IMG/VR virus record: IMGVR_UViG_2778261459_000006
Origin: a virus
Taxonomy: Duplodnaviria > Heunggongvirae > Uroviricota > Caudoviricetes
DNA: 10,942 nucleotides
Reading direction: 5' to 3' (one strand)
Shown: piece by piece, positions 6,744-10,942 of the stretch
Layout of the letters: each line of letters opens with the position of its first letter
Numbering within the stretch: the first letter of the stretch is position 1
Notes under the pieces: generated by a model
What the model was told of the DNA's origin: nothing
Database searches by the model: none
Seen by the model: the letters and a program-made list of their open reading frames with translations, nothing else
Made by a program: the position numbers and the translations under genes

Positions 6744-7184
6744 ATGCCGATGAGACACCAGGCTGTCATTGAGCAGATCAAGCGGCAGCTAAGGGAAGAA
6801 ATCAAAGAGATTAGCAAGGACGCGGCGACAGCCGCATATGAGATCGCTATCACTGCCGAAGGCTATGCGGTAGCAGATACACCGAGAGACACGGGCACAC
6901 TTATAAACGGCTATTACATCAATATTGACGAAAATCCTGATGGTGCGCACGCCACTTTAGGTAATACGGAACGCTATGCGTATTGGGTTCATGAAATGCC
7001 GGGGATACTGAAAGGTCAACCGCGCGAACATTTCGGGAAGACAAGGGAAGGCGTTGCCTTTGGTGGCGGTACTGAAAAGGGTTGCTATTGGGATCCTGAT
7101 GCAAGGCCCAAATTCCTTGAGCTTGCGCTCGATGAGCATTACGACGAGTTTATGGATATAGCACGCAAATATTTAAAGCGATGA
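6744..7184 (+). CDS. HK97 gp10-like protein (tail completion / head-tail joining family), about 146 aa
   Basis: Motifs PRDTGTL, YAYWVHE and ARPKFLELAL fit the HK97 gp10-like pattern as I recall it. The ORF-track start at 6723 is a TTG; the ATG at 6744 follows a GAAGGGGG RBS. Confidence 0.6.
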   Translation: MPMRHQAVIEQIKRQLREEIKEISKDAATAAYEIAITAEGYAVADTPRDTGTLINGYYINIDENPDGAHATLGNTERYAYWVHEMPGILKGQPREHFGKTREGVAFGGGTEKGCYWDPDARPKFLELALDEHYDEFMDIARKYLKR

Positions 7185-7193
7185 GGTGAGATC

Positions 7194-9374
7194 ATGGGTG
7201 AACAGGTCGGAAGCCTTCAGATAGATATTGACCTGAAGACAAAAAATTTATTGGTAAGCCAAAACCAGGCTGAAAACGCGCTTGATAATATTGGCAATAA
7301 AATCAGCGGTGTGGAACGCAAAACAAAGACCTTTAACACGCAGTTAACTAAAACATCTGCCGCAGTCAAAAGCAGCCTTTCCCCGGCAATTCGCAACGCA
7401 TCGTTTCAGATCGCGGATTTAGCTACCCAATTGCAGATGGGCGGTAATGCTCTGGCGGCATTTGCCGTTCAGGGCGCACAGTTATTAGCTGGCTTTGGCA
7501 CGATGGGCGCGGTAGCTGGCGCGGTGCTGGCTATAGCTGGCGCTATGGGTGGAAGCCTGGCACAAGGCGCTGATAGTGCAGCCGGATCGGTTGAGTACCT
7601 GGACAAGGCGATCACCAAACTGAACGAGGTCATAGCTGTAAATGAGCAGGGCGTGACGGTGATGACTGATAGTTACGCCAATCTTTCTAAGGTTAACGCT
7701 GAAGTAGCGAAACAGATGCGGAACATGGCTGAAATTCAGGCAATTGCAGCACTGCGTGACCTGAAAGAACAGGCAAGCCAGGCACAGGGGGAAATGTCAT
7801 CATTCTGGCGTAGCTTGCAGGGCGGTAAAGCTGACGCAGCAGCAGCAGCACAGGCACTTGATGACCTGGGAATCACGACCAACGACTATAAAGAAGCGAT
7901 CGCCACACTTAACGCCAATCAGCCGGATACACAGGCGCAGATGGCGACGCTGGCTAAATCCGTGATGTATGTTGGCGAAGAATACGATCTGACCAATCAG
8001 CAAGCCTACGAATTCATCCGGGCGCTGAATAAGGCCGCGACAACGAAAACACCGGAAGCAATGCAGGAGCTATCTGGCTTCATGCAGGTATTGCTACAGG
8101 ACACAGAAAACGGTAACGAGGCATTCAGGGAACTGGCTATCAAATTCGTTGATGCACAAACCAAAGGCGCAATGCTGGAAGACCAACTAAACCGACTGAA
8201 AGGCGCTATCAGTGACGCAGCCACAGAAGCCAGAAACGCCAATTTTACCACTATGCTCAACACCGTCGCCGCACGCCTGGCAGCCATTGAGCAAGGTTGG
8301 GAGGCAGGTGTCAGGATGCAGATGAAAGCCCAGGGCTACACTGAAGAGCAGATCGATGAATATGTGAACATGGAAACGGCGTACAGGGATGCAAAAGCCG
8401 CTTTGGACGAGAAGAACAAGGCCGACCGTGAAGCAATTGCGCTATCCAAACGCCAGGCCGCAGAAGCCGCCCGCAAGGCAAAACAGGAAGAAGCTGAAGC
8501 ACAACGCAAGGCCAAACAGTTAGCGGCGCAGAAAGAACAGGCCGGACGCTTTACGCAGCAGGTGATGACGGAATATCAAACGACCGTGGATCCGGCAACA
8601 GGCCAGGCGTTGAACCCTGCCGCACAAGTGGAAATGCAGGAGCAGCAGAAGAAAACGGCATTAGATAAATACAGGCAGTTGGGTGTTTTGGGTGAGCAGG
8701 AGTATCAGAACACGCTAACAGCCATCCAGAAAACTGCATCAATGCGCCGCCAGCAAATCATCAAAGACGAGGCTGACACGTTATTCAACAATCAGCAGCA
8801 GTTGATCGGCACATTTGGCGATTTCTTCGGTGAACTGTCTGGAGTCATAGCAGACGGCGCGGGTGAGCAAAATGCGGCATATCAAGCGCTATTTGCTGTG
8901 CAGAAGGGGTTTGTATTGGCGTCGGCAGCTTTAAGCCTTCAAAAAGCGCTGGCAGAGGCAAACGCCTTACCTTTCCCGGCTAACCTTCCGGCCTATGCGC
9001 AAGCGATGTCAGCAGGTACGCAGATCATTTCAGCTATTCGTGGAATAGCTTTCGGTGGCGGACGCTACAACGGCGGCGCGGTTGGTGCTGGCAACCTGTA
9101 CCGCGTGGGTGAACACGGTAAGCCTGAGATATTCAAGGCGAACAATGGCAGCCAGTACATGATCCCAGGTGATAACGGTCGCGTGATAAGTAATCGTGAC
9201 ATTGGCGGCGGTGGCGGCGTAACAATCAACAGCCCGATCACCATTAACACTACGAATGGCTTCAGTGATGAAGACTCAAGGCGTCTTGAGGAAGCGATGA
9301 AGCGCGTAGCTATGGGCGTTTGCAGGCAGGAGTCAACCAGACCGGGAGGAATGTTAGCCCCGCGCCGCCGTTAA
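7194..9374 (+). CDS. Phage tail tape measure protein, lambda gpH-like, 726 aa
   Basis: N-terminus MGEQVGSLQIDIDLK, then a Gly/Ala-rich hydrophobic segment (…AAFAVQGAQLLAGFGTMGAVAGAVLAIAGAMGG…), a K/A/E/Q-rich helical region and a glycine-rich C-terminus with GNLYRVGEHGKPEIF. This resembles lambda-H-family proteins by eye. Confidence 0.8.
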   Translation: MGEQVGSLQIDIDLKTKNLLVSQNQAENALDNIGNKISGVERKTKTFNTQLTKTSAAVKSSLSPAIRNASFQIADLATQLQMGGNALAAFAVQGAQLLAGFGTMGAVAGAVLAIAGAMGGSLAQGADSAAGSVEYLDKAITKLNEVIAVNEQGVTVMTDSYANLSKVNAEVAKQMRNMAEIQAIAALRDLKEQASQAQGEMSSFWRSLQGGKADAAAAAQALDDLGITTNDYKEAIATLNANQPDTQAQMATLAKSVMYVGEEYDLTNQQAYEFIRALNKAATTKTPEAMQELSGFMQVLLQDTENGNEAFRELAIKFVDAQTKGAMLEDQLNRLKGAISDAATEARNANFTTMLNTVAARLAAIEQGWEAGVRMQMKAQGYTEEQIDEYVNMETAYRDAKAALDEKNKADREAIALSKRQAAEAARKAKQEEAEAQRKAKQLAAQKEQAGRFTQQVMTEYQTTVDPATGQALNPAAQVEMQEQQKKTALDKYRQLGVLGEQEYQNTLTAIQKTASMRRQQIIKDEADTLFNNQQQLIGTFGDFFGELSGVIADGAGEQNAAYQALFAVQKGFVLASAALSLQKALAEANALPFPANLPAYAQAMSAGTQIISAIRGIAFGGGRYNGGAVGAGNLYRVGEHGKPEIFKANNGSQYMIPGDNGRVISNRDIGGGGGVTINSPITINTTNGFSDEDSRRLEEAMKRVAMGVCRQESTRPGGMLAPRRR

Positions 9375-9636
9375 CCAACTCCCACGCCAGGGGGATAGAC
9401 TGGCGGACCCTTCACGCTCCTACGCAAAAATTCCCTCACAATCGCCCTGTCAATTTTTCAGATTTCACCAGAACGCGCCTGAAACAGCCTTCCCACATCC
9501 TTGATATTCCGTACGCCCTGCTAAAAGCGTGATCTGCGACAAAAATTGTACTTTTTGCCGTTGATTCGGGGTCTGTATGGGAATAATCTCACAATCAAAG
9601 AGAGGTAAGGGTATTTGGGAAATGGAGGAAAGTATC

Positions 9637-10263
9637 ATGGCTAACGCAGCTTATATTCGTGTTTCTACTATCGCTCAGGATACATTGCGCCAACGCGAGG
9701 CTATCGCTAACACTGGCATGAAGTTTGAGAAAATCGTTGAAGAGAAAAGGTCAGGTAAAGACCTCGATCGCCCGGCACTGCGGGAGCTATGCGGCTGGTT
9801 ACGTGAAGGTGACGACCTGTACGTCGCATCAATTGACCGCCTGGGGCGCAAACTGACTGATGTAATGGGCGTGGTTGATGAACTGCGGCAGAAAGGGGTT
9901 CGGGTCCACTTTCTGAAAGAAGGGCAGATCATCGGTGGCGAGATGAACGCGGTTCAGGAGTTCTTTATTCAGCTCATGGCAGCAGCCGCGCAGATGGAAC
10001 GTAGCTTTATGCTTGAACGCCAGAAAGAGGCGAACGAAGCCAGGAGGGCGGCAGGGAAACCGGTTGGGCGTGGGCTGGCACCGAAGATTAAGCAGCAGCT
10101 GCCGTACATCCTCAAGGACATGGAACAACGCAAGGAGTCCATGAGCGACCTTTGCCGCAAATACAAAGTGGCGCGAAGCACAATGTACCGGATCCGCGAC
10201 AACGCCATTCGTGACGGGAAGCTGCCGGAAATTGTGAAGGTCAAAAAGGTCGTCATCAACTAA
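9637..10263 (+). CDS. Small serine recombinase (resolvase/invertase family), 208 aa
   Basis: N-terminal catalytic pattern AYIRVSTIAQ...SGKDLDRPALREL...GDDLYVASIDRLGRKL...GVRVHFL and a C-terminal HTH (ARSTMYRIR). GGAGGA 7 nt upstream of ATG 9637; the ORF-track start at 9577 is probably too far upstream. Confidence 0.9.
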   Translation: MANAAYIRVSTIAQDTLRQREAIANTGMKFEKIVEEKRSGKDLDRPALRELCGWLREGDDLYVASIDRLGRKLTDVMGVVDELRQKGVRVHFLKEGQIIGGEMNAVQEFFIQLMAAAAQMERSFMLERQKEANEARRAAGKPVGRGLAPKIKQQLPYILKDMEQRKESMSDLCRKYKVARSTMYRIRDNAIRDGKLPEIVKVKKVVIN

Positions 10264-10276
10264 CCCACCAAAACAA

Positions 10277-10313
10277 AGGGGACTCAGCAATATCACCGAG
10301 TCCCCTTTTTCTT
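10277..10313 (+). terminator. Rho-independent terminator after the recombinase gene
   Basis: Stem AGGGGACTC (10277-10285) / GAGTCCCCT (10298-10306), 12-nt loop, then TTTTT. Confidence 0.8.
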
Positions 10314-10365
10314 TCTCACAATCCCCGCTGACATTATAACCGCCATTCCCTGGTTTTATCATTTG

Positions 10366-10517
10366 TTGACCAGCCTGCTATTTGTAGACAAATCCAATCA
10401 CATCTAAATCATCAACCAATAAATTGACCTAAATCATTTTATCAGTCGCTTAACCAGGTGTATTTTGTAGTCAAACAAGGCTTGACAAGGTTTAGCGACA
10501 AATTAAAGGGGTGAACA
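10366..10517 (+). promoter_or_regulatory. Promoter/operator region of the HTH regulator gene
   Basis: TTGAC(C/A) occurs three times at exact 58-bp spacing (10366, 10424, 10482). The motif TTGTAGACAA (10382-10391) and its variant TTGTAGTCAA (10466-10475) also recur inside the downstream coding repeats. GGGG RBS 5-6 nt before ATG 10518. No convincing -10 element. Confidence 0.4.
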
Positions 10518-10942
10518 ATGTATCAGCCAATGACTTTACCGGATCTGCTATTTGCCGCCGCCGACCGCGCGGGCTATGTCAACAGTAGCGGCAAACTGAA
10601 ACGCAAGGGGTTAGCTGATGCTCTCGGTATCGGTGAGCAGGCGCTTAACAGCTACATGAAAGGTAGCCGGGATGTTAGCACAGAACAACTAAATAACATG
10701 CTGACATTGCTTGGCGTGTACGGCATCGCACCATTCAAGGGCAATCAATGGATGGCGCTGGACGTGGATTATAAAGCGCGTAGCGACGAGATTGTCAGTA
10801 ACAAGATGATTGCGCTGGAACGCGATAACCAGCAAAAGGCACAGCAGATCGCAGCACTGAAAGCTGAGATTGATATGTTGAAAAACCAGTTAAGCAACAA
10901 AATTGATATTGTAGACAAACCGGTTAATCAACAAATCGAGAC
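10518..10942 (+). CDS. 5' part of the junction-spanning XRE-type HTH regulator (continues at 1..408)
   Basis: ATG at 10518; the N-terminus has an HTH pattern (GLADALGIGEQALNSYMKGSRDVSTEQL) followed by a coiled-coil-like segment. The frame runs off the window end and is in phase with 1..408. Confidence 0.7.
   Translation, partial: MYQPMTLPDLLFAAADRAGYVNSSGKLKRKGLADALGIGEQALNSYMKGSRDVSTEQLNNMLTLLGVYGIAPFKGNQWMALDVDYKARSDEIVSNKMIALERDNQQKAQQIAALKAEIDMLKNQLSNKIDIVDKPVNQQIE
10866..10942. repeat. Terminal 77-nt exact duplicate of nt 1-77; circular-contig overlap
   Basis: Direct comparison shows 77 of 77 identical, ending exactly at the window edge. Confidence 0.85.

Noticed and set aside
9320-9532. 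70-aa + strand ORF overlapping the end of the tape measure gene
   Set aside because: It overlaps the tape measure C-terminus in another frame and has no RBS or recognisable family.
10866-10942. Terminal identity as a biological direct repeat (att site or IS end)
   Set aside because: It sits exactly at both window edges, is 77 nt long and lies in frame inside a gene; a circular-assembly overlap is the simpler explanation.

Overview
The window looks like a complete small circular replicon rather than a slice of a chromosome: the last 77 nt (10866-10942) are identical to nt 1-77, the pattern an assembler k-mer overlap leaves on a circular contig, giving a unique length of about 10,865 bp. All convincing genes are on the + strand, and I saw no rRNA, tRNA or CRISPR. 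All protein-family calls below are by-eye motif recognition and need HMM or BLAST confirmation. Modules in order: (1) an XRE-type HTH regulator gene that spans the junction (10518..end, then 1..408) and carries a 31-aa internal tandem repeat; (2) an AlpA-family gene translationally coupled to a 336-aa acidic protein, then a terminator, a perfect DnaA box, five 22-bp iterons and an AT-rich tract, which reads as an iteron origin; (3) about 1 kb with no convincing ORF but nested direct repeats; (4) a 206-aa tandem winged-helix protein; (5) a 0.5-kb ORF-free region with three intrinsic terminators; (6) a second AlpA/Xis-like gene, an HNH-AP2 endonuclease and four small unknown proteins; (7) a two-gene tail module (HK97 gp10-like protein plus a 726-aa lambda-H-like tape measure protein) with no capsid, portal, terminase or major tail gene anywhere; (8) a small serine recombinase. 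My leading hypothesis is a plasmid-like or phage-satellite-like mosaic element carrying an orphan tail-length module; this is inference, not a demonstrated system.
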